Part shown: positions 37,918-47,605 of the stretch, in pieces
Position numbering within the stretch: the stretch's first letter is position 1
How the letters are laid out: each line of letters starts with the position of its first letter
Source: an uncultured Clostridia bacterium
Lineage (GTDB): Bacteria; Bacillota; Clostridia; Christensenellales; DTU072
Length of the DNA: 64,000 nucleotides
Direction of reading: 5' to 3'
Assembly (NCBI GenBank): GCA_944371785.1
Contig: CALVXZ010000002.1
Coordinates: 3,033-67,032, forward strand
Notes under the pieces: model-generated
Databases searched by the model: none
What the model was told of the DNA's origin: nothing
Seen by the model: the letters and a program-made list of their open reading frames with translations, nothing else
Program-made: the position numbers and the translations under genes

Positions 37918-39558
37918 ATGCCTAACGATATGGTCACTTTGAAAGCGCTTTGCCGGGAGCTTACTTCGGAGCTCGGCTCCGGCAGAATAAACCGCATAGC
38001 TTCGACGGGAAACGATTCCTATGTGTTCCTGGTGCGCGCCAAAGGCAAGAACCGTTCGCTGTTCCTTTCGGCGAAAAGCGACACCGCCGGAGTTTATCTG
38101 ACTAACGCGGATCATTCCGCGGACGAGGTGCCGAACAATTTCTGTATGTCGCTCAGAAAACGGCTTTCCGGAGGAGTAATTGATAAATTTTCGATTGAAA
38201 ACGAAGACAGAATAATAAAAATAGACGTTATCAGCCGCAACGAATTGAACGATTCCAAAAATTACGCGCTGTACGCGGAAATTATGGGCGGCGCGTCGAA
38301 CCTGATACTGACCGCCGACGGAAAGATCATCGACGCCGCAAAGCGCGTAGTCAGCGAAAATTCCCGTCCCGTATACCCCGGCGCCGGATATACCCTGCCG
38401 CAAAGGGGAAAAACCGCGCTTTTCGAGGAAAAAGCCGTAGGCATATTGAAAAACGCCTCGACCGCGGAAGACGTATTGCGGGACCTGAACGGACTCTCCC
38501 CGGAATCGGCGCGGGAGCTGATTGCGTTAAGGGATCGCCTGGGCGCCGAAAAAGCTCTGGCGACGATGAACGACCTTTACGATTCGCCGAATTTTTCGCC
38601 GACGGCTGCGGCGGGTTCTCCGAACGCTTTTTACGCCTATCCGTACCGGGGCGTAAAGGACGCGAAAACATTTTCCACCCTTTCCGAAGCCATTGATTTC
38701 TGCCGCAGAAAAGCCGTGTCCGAACGCGAAAGAGCGGCGCGCGCAAAGCGTTCCGAAAGGCTGATCTCGTCCTTTGAAAAAAAGATAGAACGCCATATCG
38801 CGGAAAGCAAACGCGTGTTGTCCGAAAGCGGAAAGGCGGAAAGGTATTTGGAGATAGGAGAGATACTGAAATGCAATTTTCACCGCCTGCAGAAGGGTTT
38901 GAGTATTATAGAATGTGACGATTTTTATAATAGTCGAAGTGTGAAAATAGAGCTAAATCCCACTTTTTCGCCAAAAAAGAACATAGAACGCTATTTCAAG
39001 CTTTATTCGAAAGCAAAGGGCGCAAAACGCTTTGCGGAGGAGGATCTGGCGCGTTCCGAGGAGATGTCGGACAGGATAAAGGAGATAAAAACTTACATCC
39101 GTAATTGCAGGACGGAAGCCGAATTCGCGGAGATCGAACGCGACGTCGCCGCCCTGACGGGAAGGGACAAAATCCCCGTTTCGGAAAAACGGCGTACTCC
39201 GCAAAAGACTCCGCCCTACCGCACGGATTACGAAGGGTTCACGATATACGTCGGAAGGAACTCCGCGCAGAACGAAAAAGTCACTTTCGAACTTGCCGCG
39301 CCCGACGACGTATGGTTGCACGCAAAGAATTTCCACGGCGGTCACGGACTGATCGTCGCCGACGGAAGGCAGGTTCCCGAAAAGGTGATTTTAAAAGCCG
39401 CGTCCGTCGTTGCGAGATTTTCCGAAAACCGCGATTCCCCGAAATCCGAAGTCGATTACACCTTAAGACGGCGCGTAAAGCGTCTGAAGGGCGTGCGCGT
39501 GACCTATACGGATTACAAAACCGTCGTCGTCGCCCCTGCCGCCGAGGAAGAATTGTGA
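37918..39558 (+). CDS. rqcH: Ribosome quality control protein RqcH (FbpA/NFACT family, DUF814)
   Basis: N-terminal NFACT-N pattern, coiled-coil middle, and C-terminal DVWLHAKNFHGGHGLIV (DUF814). Start set to the ATG at 37918 (MPNDMVTLKAL...). Confidence 0.8.
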   Translation: MPNDMVTLKALCRELTSELGSGRINRIASTGNDSYVFLVRAKGKNRSLFLSAKSDTAGVYLTNADHSADEVPNNFCMSLRKRLSGGVIDKFSIENEDRIIKIDVISRNELNDSKNYALYAEIMGGASNLILTADGKIIDAAKRVVSENSRPVYPGAGYTLPQRGKTALFEEKAVGILKNASTAEDVLRDLNGLSPESARELIALRDRLGAEKALATMNDLYDSPNFSPTAAAGSPNAFYAYPYRGVKDAKTFSTLSEAIDFCRRKAVSERERAARAKRSERLISSFEKKIERHIAESKRVLSESGKAERYLEIGEILKCNFHRLQKGLSIIECDDFYNSRSVKIELNPTFSPKKNIERYFKLYSKAKGAKRFAEEDLARSEEMSDRIKEIKTYIRNCRTEAEFAEIERDVAALTGRDKIPVSEKRRTPQKTPPYRTDYEGFTIYVGRNSAQNEKVTFELAAPDDVWLHAKNFHGGHGLIVADGRQVPEKVILKAASVVARFSENRDSPKSEVDYTLRRRVKRLKGVRVTYTDYKTVVVAPAAEEEL

Positions 39559-39562
39559 TCGC

Positions 39563-40636
39563 CTAGCGCCGTTTCGGCTTTATATTCAGCAAAACCGAAC
39601 CGGCGTTGCCGGCGTCGGATCTTCTCCGCGGCATATCCGCCGCCTTCGTGATCAGCATTTTTATGTATTCGGTCGGCGAATATTCCGGGAAAAGGTAATT
39701 CGACAGCGAACCCGGGACCGTGTTTACCTCGTTAAAATACACTTCGTCGCCCCTGACAAGGAAATCGAAACGCGCCACTCCGCGTATTTCAAGCAATTTG
39801 ACCCCTATTGCGGCGTATTCGTTCAGTTTTGCTTTTGCCGTTTCGGATATCTTTGCAGGGAATTCGGAAATTTTGCCGTTTTCGGGCGCGTACTTATCCT
39901 CGAAACTCAATATCGTACCGCTCTTCAGCGGACGTTCCGACTCCGAGAACACGGTTTTTACGCCGTCCGACAGCACCGCCACGTTGACGTCGTCGGCTCC
40001 GACAAGAAATTTTTCTATTATCAGTTCGCCGTCGGACCCGAACGCCGTTTCGGTCATTCCGACCGCTTCCGCCGCGCTGTCCGCCACTTCTATCCCCAAA
40101 CTGCTTCCTCCGCGGTTGGGTTTTATTATCGCCGGATATTCAATGCGTTCCAACAGATCCTTGTATTCTTCCCCTCTTTTCAAAGTCACCCAATCGGCTA
40201 CGGGAACGCCGCAGGCTTTCATCAGAGTCTTTGCCGCCGCTTTGTTCATTCCGACAGCGGCTCCGAACACGCCCGTGGAAAAATAAGGGATGCCGCAAAT
40301 ATCCAAAAAGCCTTGCAGCGCGCCGTTTTCGCCCACGCCGCCGTGCGCCGCTATCAAAGCCGCGTCCACGAAACATTCGCATTTCGCCTTTCCGCGCTTT
40401 ACCCTCCACAATCTGCCGCCGGCAAGAAAGACTTCCTCGTGCCTGAAACTTTCAAACGGCGTATACGCTCCGATCTCGCAAAGTTCGCTGCCGCCGTAAA
40501 ACCTGCCGTCCCTGGCGTATACGGGTTTTATCCGCACCCCTTTTGACGGAGCGTTTTTCATTATTTCCAGAGCCGTCATCACCGAAACGTCGTGTTCGGG
40601 ACTGTCAAAACCGAATATCAACGCGCAAGTTATCAT
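39563..40636 (-). CDS. ddl: D-alanine--D-alanine ligase
   Basis: The N-terminus FGFDSPEHDVSVMTA, the ATP-grasp core and FNEVNTVPG are all typical of Ddl. It lies upstream of murF. Confidence 0.85.
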   Translation of the reverse strand: MITCALIFGFDSPEHDVSVMTALEIMKNAPSKGVRIKPVYARDGRFYGGSELCEIGAYTPFESFRHEEVFLAGGRLWRVKRGKAKCECFVDAALIAAHGGVGENGALQGFLDICGIPYFSTGVFGAAVGMNKAAAKTLMKACGVPVADWVTLKRGEEYKDLLERIEYPAIIKPNRGGSSLGIEVADSAAEAVGMTETAFGSDGELIIEKFLVGADDVNVAVLSDGVKTVFSESERPLKSGTILSFEDKYAPENGKISEFPAKISETAKAKLNEYAAIGVKLLEIRGVARFDFLVRGDEVYFNEVNTVPGSLSNYLFPEYSPTEYIKMLITKAADMPRRRSDAGNAGSVLLNIKPKRR

Positions 40637-40695
40637 TTTTTACCTCCTGTTCCGTTTTCGGAAGCGCGGCGGAAAATCCGCGTCCGTAAAACCCG

Positions 40696-42234
40696 TTACG
40701 GTATGTCGTTTTGAAACCACACGGTATCGCCGGGGATGAGCAGCGACGGCAAAGCCTCCTCCAATGCGGCAAAGTCTTTGAACCGCCTGTATTCGCCCTT
40801 ATACCCGGCTTTTTTCAGCCCTTTCAGTATATATCCGGCGTTTTTCCCGGTCGTCAGCACCAGATCCGCCACTCCCGACAGCGATTCTCCTATCATCGAA
40901 TTCAGCCGCGCCTTGCTCTCTCCCGATTCGGAAACGCCCTGTGCCGCGACGACTTTCCTGCCCGGGAAGTACTTCAGTGCGTCTATTCCCGATCGCACTC
41001 CGTCGATATTGGAATTGTAACCGTCGTCGATAACGGTGACTTCGCCGGCTTTTTTGACCTCGAATCGGTGCGGAACGCCTTTGAACCTCGACAGTTTTTC
41101 GGCTACGGATTCGGGAGGAACTCCCAATTTTATAGCCGCCGCTGCCGCAAGCGCGGCATCGGAAGCGTTATGTCTGCCGTGAAGGGATGTTTTGATTATA
41201 AGCCGCTTCCGAATAACGCTTTTCCCATTTCCTTCCGCCTTTTTCGCGGCAGGATAATTCAATAAAAAGCAGATGCCTTCCGCGGATTCGCGGAAATGCG
41301 AGATCGTAAATTCGCCCACCGCGCCCACGGTGACCGAACCGGGATAATTCGGAGCCCGTTCGAACACCGCGGCGTTGTCTACGTTCAATATCAGCCTTTC
41401 GGGCGGAACGGCGCGCGCCAGGGCAAACTTTTCGTTGCATACGTTTTCCAGGGTTTTGAAAGTTTCCAGGTGCTGCGCCGTCACTCCCGTGATAATGGCG
41501 TAATCGGGCGGAAAAAGCTTTATCAATTCGGAAATATCTCCCGTCCTGCGCGCTCCGAATTCGGTGATTATCACCTGTTCGCCCTTGTAACCGGCTACCG
41601 AACTCAATACCCCGAACGGAGTGTTCATATTGCCGGCAGTCGCCAAAACGGTATAATCCCCCGACAACACGAATTTCAGCATTTCCTTTACCGTCGTCTT
41701 TCCGAAGCTGCCCGTAACCGCGATTTTGATTGCGGGGATCTTTTTATAGAAAGCCGATTTTTCGGTAAGATATTTTAAATTTCTTTTCCGCTCCGCAGGT
41801 CCAAGGAGAGCCGCCGCCAGGTGCATCCAAAGCGGCGAAGCTATAAAAAACAGCGACAGGAACAGAGCTTTGAACGCGGCTCCCGGAACGGCGAAAGCCG
41901 CGAAAGCCGCGGTCTGAATAGCTCCCCACGCCGCAAAGAGTCTTTTACCTCTGGCGGTAAAGACGAATTTTGCGCGAGAACGCGAGTATTTTACGGCGTA
42001 TGCGACCGCCAATGCCGTATTCACGGCGACAGCCGGGATCACCCCCAAAATCTCCCTGTACAGTCCTGCCGCAGCCGCACACGCCGCGACGGCCGCCGTC
42101 AGGCAAACCGTCCACTCCGAAAACCGCCCCGGGTAATAATTAAGACGTTGGATCCGCCCTGCCGTTATCAACGCTCCGAGGAACGCTCCGCCCCACCCGA
42201 TCAAGGCGCCTGCAATCAATAAACCCGTGACCAT
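40696..42234 (-). CDS. murF: Mur ligase, MurF-like (UDP-MurNAc-tripeptide--D-Ala-D-Ala ligase), with a polytopic membrane N-terminal domain
   Basis: Contains the P-loop VTGSFGKTT (~aa 173), GNMNTPFG, ITGVTAQHLE, and C-terminal DDGYNSN. It sits in ddl-murF synteny. The first ~150 aa form 4-5 hydrophobic helices in place of the usual soluble domain 1. Confidence 0.7.
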   Translation of the reverse strand: MVTGLLIAGALIGWGGAFLGALITAGRIQRLNYYPGRFSEWTVCLTAAVAACAAAAGLYREILGVIPAVAVNTALAVAYAVKYSRSRAKFVFTARGKRLFAAWGAIQTAAFAAFAVPGAAFKALFLSLFFIASPLWMHLAAALLGPAERKRNLKYLTEKSAFYKKIPAIKIAVTGSFGKTTVKEMLKFVLSGDYTVLATAGNMNTPFGVLSSVAGYKGEQVIITEFGARRTGDISELIKLFPPDYAIITGVTAQHLETFKTLENVCNEKFALARAVPPERLILNVDNAAVFERAPNYPGSVTVGAVGEFTISHFRESAEGICFLLNYPAAKKAEGNGKSVIRKRLIIKTSLHGRHNASDAALAAAAAIKLGVPPESVAEKLSRFKGVPHRFEVKKAGEVTVIDDGYNSNIDGVRSGIDALKYFPGRKVVAAQGVSESGESKARLNSMIGESLSGVADLVLTTGKNAGYILKGLKKAGYKGEYRRFKDFAALEEALPSLLIPGDTVWFQNDIP

Positions 42235-42339
42235 TTCAATTAAATATATGCCGGCGGCGACGGTATCGTGACTTTACATGTACGGTTCCGACGCGCGAAA
42301 AAAAGGTACCTCGCGCTGAAAAAGCTCATAAATTGTGTT

Positions 42340-43041
42340 ATGAAATATCTGATTAAAGGCAAAGGCGAAGCCGTCGTGCTGTTGCACGGTTGGGGCGCGA
42401 ACAAGGAGGCTATGCAGCCGCTGACGGAAGCGTTATCGGGCGAATATACCGTCATTGCTCCGGATCTGTACGGGTTCGGGGCTTCGCCGACGGACAGAGT
42501 AATGACTTTGGACGATTACGTCGTCGGCATACAGACGCTGTTAATGAAGGAAAACGTAAGCGGCGCGACTCTGATCGGGCATTCTTTCGGCGGCAGGATC
42601 GCGGTAAGGTTGGCGGCAAGACGTCCGGATATGGTTAAAAAATTGGTTTTGATAGACGCCGCCGGGCTGAAACCGCGCTTCGATCCGCGCAGAACGATAA
42701 AACGGGCGGTAAACGCGTTCGGCAAAGCCACGGGCTGGTTCCGACCGCGCGGCTCCGCGGATTACGAAAACGCGACGGGGTATATGCGCGGCACTTTTCT
42801 GAACGTGATCCACGATCACCAGAACGGAGAATGCCCGTTGATATGTTGCCCGACTTTGATAATCTGGGGCGCGGAAGACCGCGACACTCCTCCGTATATG
42901 GCGCGTAAATTCAACAGGCTGATACCGCGTTCTTCGTTGCGGATCCTGCCCGGAGCCGGTCATTTTTCATACCTGGACGCGCCGTCGCAGACGGCTTTTC
43001 TGATAAAAGAATTCCTGGGAAACGATTGTAAACGGGATTAA
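42340..43041 (+). CDS. Alpha/beta-fold hydrolase
   Basis: Contains VVLLHGWGAN (oxyanion region), the GHSFGG nucleophile elbow and a C-terminal GAGHFSYLD (His). Start set to the ATG at 42340. Confidence 0.7.
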   Translation: MKYLIKGKGEAVVLLHGWGANKEAMQPLTEALSGEYTVIAPDLYGFGASPTDRVMTLDDYVVGIQTLLMKENVSGATLIGHSFGGRIAVRLAARRPDMVKKLVLIDAAGLKPRFDPRRTIKRAVNAFGKATGWFRPRGSADYENATGYMRGTFLNVIHDHQNGECPLICCPTLIIWGAEDRDTPPYMARKFNRLIPRSSLRILPGAGHFSYLDAPSQTAFLIKEFLGNDCKRD

Positions 43042-43047
43042 ACGCCG

Positions 43048-43509
43048 TCAATCGGCTTTTTCGTCGTCCCGAAAATAATACCAATAGATCCTTGCGGGTT
43101 TGCCCCACCCGTAATAATGCGGACGCAGCCCGGCAAGACGGAAGCCCACCTTTTCGTACAGCGCGATTGCGGCGGAATTGGCGTCGTTTACTTCCAACGT
43201 AACGGCGCGTATAGACAGTTCCTCGGCTTTTTTCAGGATAGCCGACAGGATCGCGAAGCCCGCTCCGCGGCGGCGGAAATCGGCTCTGACCGCGATGTTC
43301 ATAATATGCGCTTCGTCCTCGACGTGCGCGAAACCGCCGTAGCCCACTACTTTGCCCTCGTCGGATTCGGCAACGAAATAAAACTTATTCTTGTCCGCGT
43401 ACTCCATACAGAACGCCGAATAGCTCCACGGGTTTTCGAAGCACTGTTTTTCGAGTTCGGCGATCGGATTCAGATCTTTTAGTTCGTAAGGGCGTATAAG
43501 AAAGCTCAT
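43048..43509 (-). CDS. rimI: Ribosomal-protein-alanine N-acetyltransferase RimI (GNAT)
   Basis: The GNAT motif RRRGAGFAIL is present, in tsaE-tsaB-rimI synteny. Confidence 0.8.
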   Translation of the reverse strand: MSFLIRPYELKDLNPIAELEKQCFENPWSYSAFCMEYADKNKFYFVAESDEGKVVGYGGFAHVEDEAHIMNIAVRADFRRRGAGFAILSAILKKAEELSIRAVTLEVNDANSAAIALYEKVGFRLAGLRPHYYGWGKPARIYWYYFRDDEKAD

Positions 43510-43510
43510 T

Positions 43511-44083
43511 CTAAGCCTCCGCCGACGATTTTTTTATGTAAAACGGGCAAGCTATGCGCACGAAATCACCTTTTTCGCACTTGGCGAGGAAACATTTTAT
43601 ATACTTTTCCGCGTCGGGCGCGGAATAATATATCCTTTTCAGATCGGGAAAGTCCCTGTCCAATTCATCCGACGAAGCCGCAAAGTAGCTTTCCTCGCCG
43701 CCGTCTTTCAACAGAGCGTAATAATTGGAATGTTTGCAATCCATCAACGCCAGAACGCGCGTTTCGTCGAACGTCAACGCCTCCAACGAAGTGAACGCCG
43801 CAAGACGCGCGTTCACCGCGCGCTTCAGGGCGTTTGCGGTGGTTACTCCTATTCTGATCCCCGTAAACGAACCGGGACCCGTAACCGCGCCGACGACGTC
43901 CAGGTCGGACGGCGTCAGCCCCAAACCGTTCAAAAGTTTTTCAGCCTGCACCAAAATTTCGGCAGAGTGTCTGCGCGCCGTCGCGTCGCCGCAGAAATAA
44001 ACGGATTTTTCGGCGTTACCCGCCGCCAGAAACAGCTCCGCACCCGTAGAATCGATGATAAGGTAGTTACCCGAAAAAGGCAT
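43511..44083 (-). CDS. tsaB: tRNA t6A biosynthesis protein TsaB
   Basis: Contains GPGSFTGIRIGVTTANAL. Confidence 0.8.
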   Translation of the reverse strand: MPFSGNYLIIDSTGAELFLAAGNAEKSVYFCGDATARRHSAEILVQAEKLLNGLGLTPSDLDVVGAVTGPGSFTGIRIGVTTANALKRAVNARLAAFTSLEALTFDETRVLALMDCKHSNYYALLKDGGEESYFAASSDELDRDFPDLKRIYYSAPDAEKYIKCFLAKCEKGDFVRIACPFYIKKSSAEA

Positions 44084-44096
44084 TTGTTTTCTCCGT

Positions 44097-44537
44097 TTAT
44101 TTACCGTTCAAACGCTCCGAAATACGAAACAAACGTCGTTCGGGCGAAACGTAGTCTATGGAAATTTCTATTATTTTTCCGTCAAAATCATCAAAATCCA
44201 GCTTGTTCCATTCTATCACGGTAACCGCGTCGTCGGCAAAGTATTCGTCCAGACCGAGTTCGTACAATTCCTCGGCGTCCTCGATGCGGTACAGATCGAA
44301 ATGGAACAGTTTCAACGATCTGCCGCGGTATTCTTTCACCATCGTGAAAGTCGGCGAAACCACCGGTTCCGACACTCCCAACGCTTTCGCAAGCCCTTTC
44401 GTAAACGCCGTCTTGCCCGCGCCGAGTTCCCCTGCCAGCACGATGACTTCGCCGCCGCGCAGCCCTTCGGCTATCCGCGCCGCCAAAGCCTCGGTATCGG
44501 CGACTCCGCAGGAAAGAAATTCCGATTCTTTCGTCAT
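44097..44537 (-). CDS. tsaE: tRNA t6A biosynthesis ATPase TsaE
   Basis: Contains the GELGAGKTAFTKG P-loop, SPTFT and HFDLYR. Start set to the ATG at 44537 (ATGA overlap with the upstream gene). Confidence 0.8.
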   Translation of the reverse strand: MTKESEFLSCGVADTEALAARIAEGLRGGEVIVLAGELGAGKTAFTKGLAKALGVSEPVVSPTFTMVKEYRGRSLKLFHFDLYRIEDAEELYELGLDEYFADDAVTVIEWNKLDFDDFDGKIIEISIDYVSPERRLFRISERLNGK

Positions 44538-45202
44538 AGATGCAATAACGGCGACAGTCTTTTGTACAACAGCAGCGTCACCACGGAAGCGGTAACCGAT
44601 TTCAGAAGGTTGAACGCCAGCCCGTAATAGCACGCGAATTCGACTCTAACGTCCATAATGACGGGAGCAAACTCCGCGTAAAGCGGCACCGTGATGAAAT
44701 AGTTGTTGATAACGGAAACGACCGCGTTTACGAGAACGCCTATTATAAGGCTGATTATCGCGCCTTTCAGAGTCTTGTGGTATTTATAGAAAAGCGTTGC
44801 GGGCAGAACCAACGAAACGCCTACTATAAAATTGGACAGTTCGCCTATGAACATGGTTTCCGAAGTCGCCAGCTTTATCACGCACTTTATCAAAACTATC
44901 GCGACCCCCGAAACGGGTCCCATAGCGAAACCGCCGATCAAAGCCGGGATATCGGAAAAATCCATATCCAGCACGCTGAACGGGAATACGGAAAAAATCG
45001 GGAACCTGGCGAACAGATACAACACCGTGGACAGCGCCGCAAGTATACCCGTTTTTGTAAGATACGCCGTTACGCGCCTTTTCCTGGAGCGCGTTTTTTT
45101 AGGCGGTTCCGGTTTGCCTAACGTCTGATCCGCCGCCGGGTTTTCCGTTTTTGTTTTCTGATTCAATACCGATGTTTTTTTGACTTTACTATCTTCGCCC
45201 AT
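44534..45202 (-). CDS. ECF transporter substrate-specific (S) component, RibU-like
   Basis: Six TM helices. GILAALSTVL...DIPALIGGFAMGPVSGV...LSNFIVG resembles riboflavin-type S components. There is a basic ~45-aa N-terminal extension. Confidence 0.65.
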   Translation of the reverse strand: MGEDSKVKKTSVLNQKTKTENPAADQTLGKPEPPKKTRSRKRRVTAYLTKTGILAALSTVLYLFARFPIFSVFPFSVLDMDFSDIPALIGGFAMGPVSGVAIVLIKCVIKLATSETMFIGELSNFIVGVSLVLPATLFYKYHKTLKGAIISLIIGVLVNAVVSVINNYFITVPLYAEFAPVIMDVRVEFACYYGLAFNLLKSVTASVVTLLLYKRLSPLLHL

Positions 45203-45276
45203 GATTGTATACGATCGGCGTCCTTTCGGAATCGGTACTCTGTAACGGGTATCGGCTCCGCCGCGCCGTTATGAAA

Positions 45277-45600
45277 TTACTTTTTTTCTCCCCAGAGTTT
45301 TTCCAGGCAGTAAAAATCGCGTTCGTCGCCCGAGAAAATATGTACGATCACGGAATCGTAATCCAAAACCGCCCATCTGCCTTCGGTAACGCCCTCGGAA
45401 CGGGTGGGCTGAACGCCCTCGGCGTACAGTTTGTCCTCCAATTCCTCCGCCAGAGCCCTGAGGTGGTTACGGTTTTTCGCCGTAGTCACGATGAAATAAT
45501 CGGCGATCGCAGGTTGCGACAATTCGATTATCGTCGTATCCGCGCCGTTTTTGTTTTCCAATACCTCTTTTGCGATCTCAGCTAATTGTCTGGGTTCCAT
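45277..45600 (-). CDS. rsfS: Ribosomal silencing factor RsfS (iojap)
   Basis: 107 aa with DYFIVTTAKNRNHLRALAEEL and WAVLDYDSVIVHIF. Confidence 0.85.
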   Translation of the reverse strand: MEPRQLAEIAKEVLENKNGADTTIIELSQPAIADYFIVTTAKNRNHLRALAEELEDKLYAEGVQPTRSEGVTEGRWAVLDYDSVIVHIFSGDERDFYCLEKLWGEKK

Positions 45601-46741
45601 TTTGCCTCCCGTTTTTTCGATTATACCATTCTATCGCCTGCAAAGTCAAGTTGTCGGGGGTTTCTCCTTTGCTTTTCAGATACTCCGCGGTACGGTTCAA
45701 AGAAGCCGCCGTCGCGGCGGAAAGATCGCGTTCGGCGATCGCTCTCAGCGACTCCGCGCCGGGATAGCTTCTGCCCTTTTCCAGCTTGTCCGCAAGGTAC
45801 GTCAGCTCGTCCAAAGCCGTCATACCCGCCCTTGCGGTGGTATGGTAGGTCACCGCGTCGATGACGGCGGAGTCGTCTATTCCGAAATCGTGCTTTACGC
45901 GGTAGCCGCCGTCGTATTGGTGGCACACCTGCGGCGCCGTCCCTTCGGGGTATTCCGACATCGGAAACATCGGCGAAAACGGCTTTGCCGAATCATGCAG
46001 CAGCGCCGCCAGGAAACTTTCCGAAAATCCCGTTCCGCACAGCCAGGAATGAGTTACCGCCCATTCCGCGCTTCTGACCGAATGCAGAAACAGCCCGAGC
46101 GGCAATTCCGCCCTGAGTTTTTCCACGATCGCGGAAAAGCCGGTATACAGCCGCTTTTCTGCGACGAACTTTTTTACGCCCGGCGTCAGGGTTTCATCCA
46201 AACCGCTTTCGTCCCCCGTTTCCGCCATGAACCTGATAAGCGACGAACTGATCCCGCGGCTTTTGTACGCCAAAGGAATGAATTCCGAACCCGGATACAC
46301 GCTTTCAAGGCGCGAACACTCCTCCGCCACTCCGCGATCGTCGCCTCTGGGATACACCGCGATCGGCATCGCCGCGGCGGCGGTTTCGGGGCGTTTCCAT
46401 TCCGTGAATTTGAAAAGGGAATCCGAACCGATCAGGTAAACGGGATCTTCTCCGGCGTATTTTTCCGCCAAATACGGCAGAGTCTGATACGAATAAGCCT
46501 TCGGATAAAACAGCTTTTCGGTTTCGTCCACGACCGGGTTTTCGCCGCTTTCCTCGGCAAAGATTTTCAACATCTCCAACCTGGTATCGTAATCCGTCAC
46601 CGTTTCGGGTTTGTGCGGAGGGTTCAGAGTCGGCAACAATACGATCCGATCCAGCCCCAACGCTTCTTTCGCGGCTTTTATCAACGCCAGATGATCTTTG
46701 TGCACGGGATCGAACGTCCCGCCGAGAATTCCCGTTTTCAT
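45578..46741 (-). CDS. nadD: Fusion of nicotinate-nucleotide adenylyltransferase (NadD) with a YqeK-type HD phosphohydrolase
   Basis: The N-terminus GILGGTFDPVHKDHL is the (H/T)xGH nucleotidyltransferase motif. The C-terminal half carries HD-domain residues (HSVRSAEWAV...LLHDSAK...TYHTTA). Confidence 0.8.
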   Translation of the reverse strand: MKTGILGGTFDPVHKDHLALIKAAKEALGLDRIVLLPTLNPPHKPETVTDYDTRLEMLKIFAEESGENPVVDETEKLFYPKAYSYQTLPYLAEKYAGEDPVYLIGSDSLFKFTEWKRPETAAAAMPIAVYPRGDDRGVAEECSRLESVYPGSEFIPLAYKSRGISSSLIRFMAETGDESGLDETLTPGVKKFVAEKRLYTGFSAIVEKLRAELPLGLFLHSVRSAEWAVTHSWLCGTGFSESFLAALLHDSAKPFSPMFPMSEYPEGTAPQVCHQYDGGYRVKHDFGIDDSAVIDAVTYHTTARAGMTALDELTYLADKLEKGRSYPGAESLRAIAERDLSAATAASLNRTAEYLKSKGETPDNLTLQAIEWYNRKNGRQNGTQTIS

Positions 46742-46864
46742 AGCTATATTATATCCGCACGCGCCCGTAAAGTAAAGCTATTCGGGCGATGAAAACAGCT
46801 TTTTTCGGCGCCGTTCGGCATTAATGACTGAATATGCAGCCGACGTCGGGCAATAATCCTCCGT

Positions 46865-47596
46865 ATGAGATCCGGAAGTATCATAACTGCGTTTCTGATA
46901 GCCCTCGCGGTATTTCTGGCGGTATGGAATTTTCTTTCCCCCGCCATAGCGGCGGCGTCCGGCGGGCTTGCGGCAATACTGTGGCTGATCATCGTAAAAC
47001 TCCGCACGGGAAAAGAAAAGAGTTCCCCCGAAGAAATGGCTCTGCTGTTTGCCTTGGCAGGCGGCGAAGCCGAAACCAAAGCCGTGTATTCGACGCTTCC
47101 CGAAAACCTGAGGATAAAGCTGAAGCCCCCCTATTTCGTCACCGAAATAAAAGGCAGGCGCGTAGTCGTGGCGGTGCTTTACAAGTTCCTGGATCTGAGC
47201 CGCGAAGATATCGCCGCCGCGCACAGGTTCGCCGAAAAAGAAGGCATAAACCGCATAATAATTTTGACTTCAGGCAGAAAACGAAGCGTTTTACAGCTGA
47301 CGGCTCTGTTGCCCGAAAGATTCGATTTCCCCACGAAACGGCGCGTTTACAAATATCTTGCGGACAGAAACGCTCTGCCGGCACGCCCCGTAAACGTAAA
47401 GAAAAACAAATTCAAGGCGCTGTCTTTCGAAGAACTTACCGAACTGCTGTTGGATCCGGCGAAATTGAAGTATTACTTCATTACCGCGGCGGCTTTTTTG
47501 CTGATGTCGGTTTTCTTCGAATGGTATTTTTATATGGCGGCGCTGCCGCTGCTGTTCGCCGCAGCGACCTCGCTGAGAACGGCAAGGCATTCCTGA
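46865..47596 (+). CDS. Membrane protein of unknown function (2 N-terminal and 2 C-terminal TM helices with a soluble middle)
   Basis: 243-aa ORF, the only credible plus-strand frame here. The central segment is vaguely restriction-endonuclease-fold-like (RRVVVAVLYKF...INRIIILTSG). Confidence 0.5.
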   Translation: MRSGSIITAFLIALAVFLAVWNFLSPAIAAASGGLAAILWLIIVKLRTGKEKSSPEEMALLFALAGGEAETKAVYSTLPENLRIKLKPPYFVTEIKGRRVVVAVLYKFLDLSREDIAAAHRFAEKEGINRIIILTSGRKRSVLQLTALLPERFDFPTKRRVYKYLADRNALPARPVNVKKNKFKALSFEELTELLLDPAKLKYYFITAAAFLLMSVFFEWYFYMAALPLLFAAATSLRTARHS

Positions 47597-47605
47597 CCCG
47601 GCAAA

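Noticed and set aside
45203-45276. A possible riboswitch (FMN or preQ1) upstream of the RibU-like ECF S component.
   Set aside because: Only 74 nt are available, and none of the conserved FMN or preQ1 core sequences is recognisable. The gene is probably co-transcribed with rsfS.
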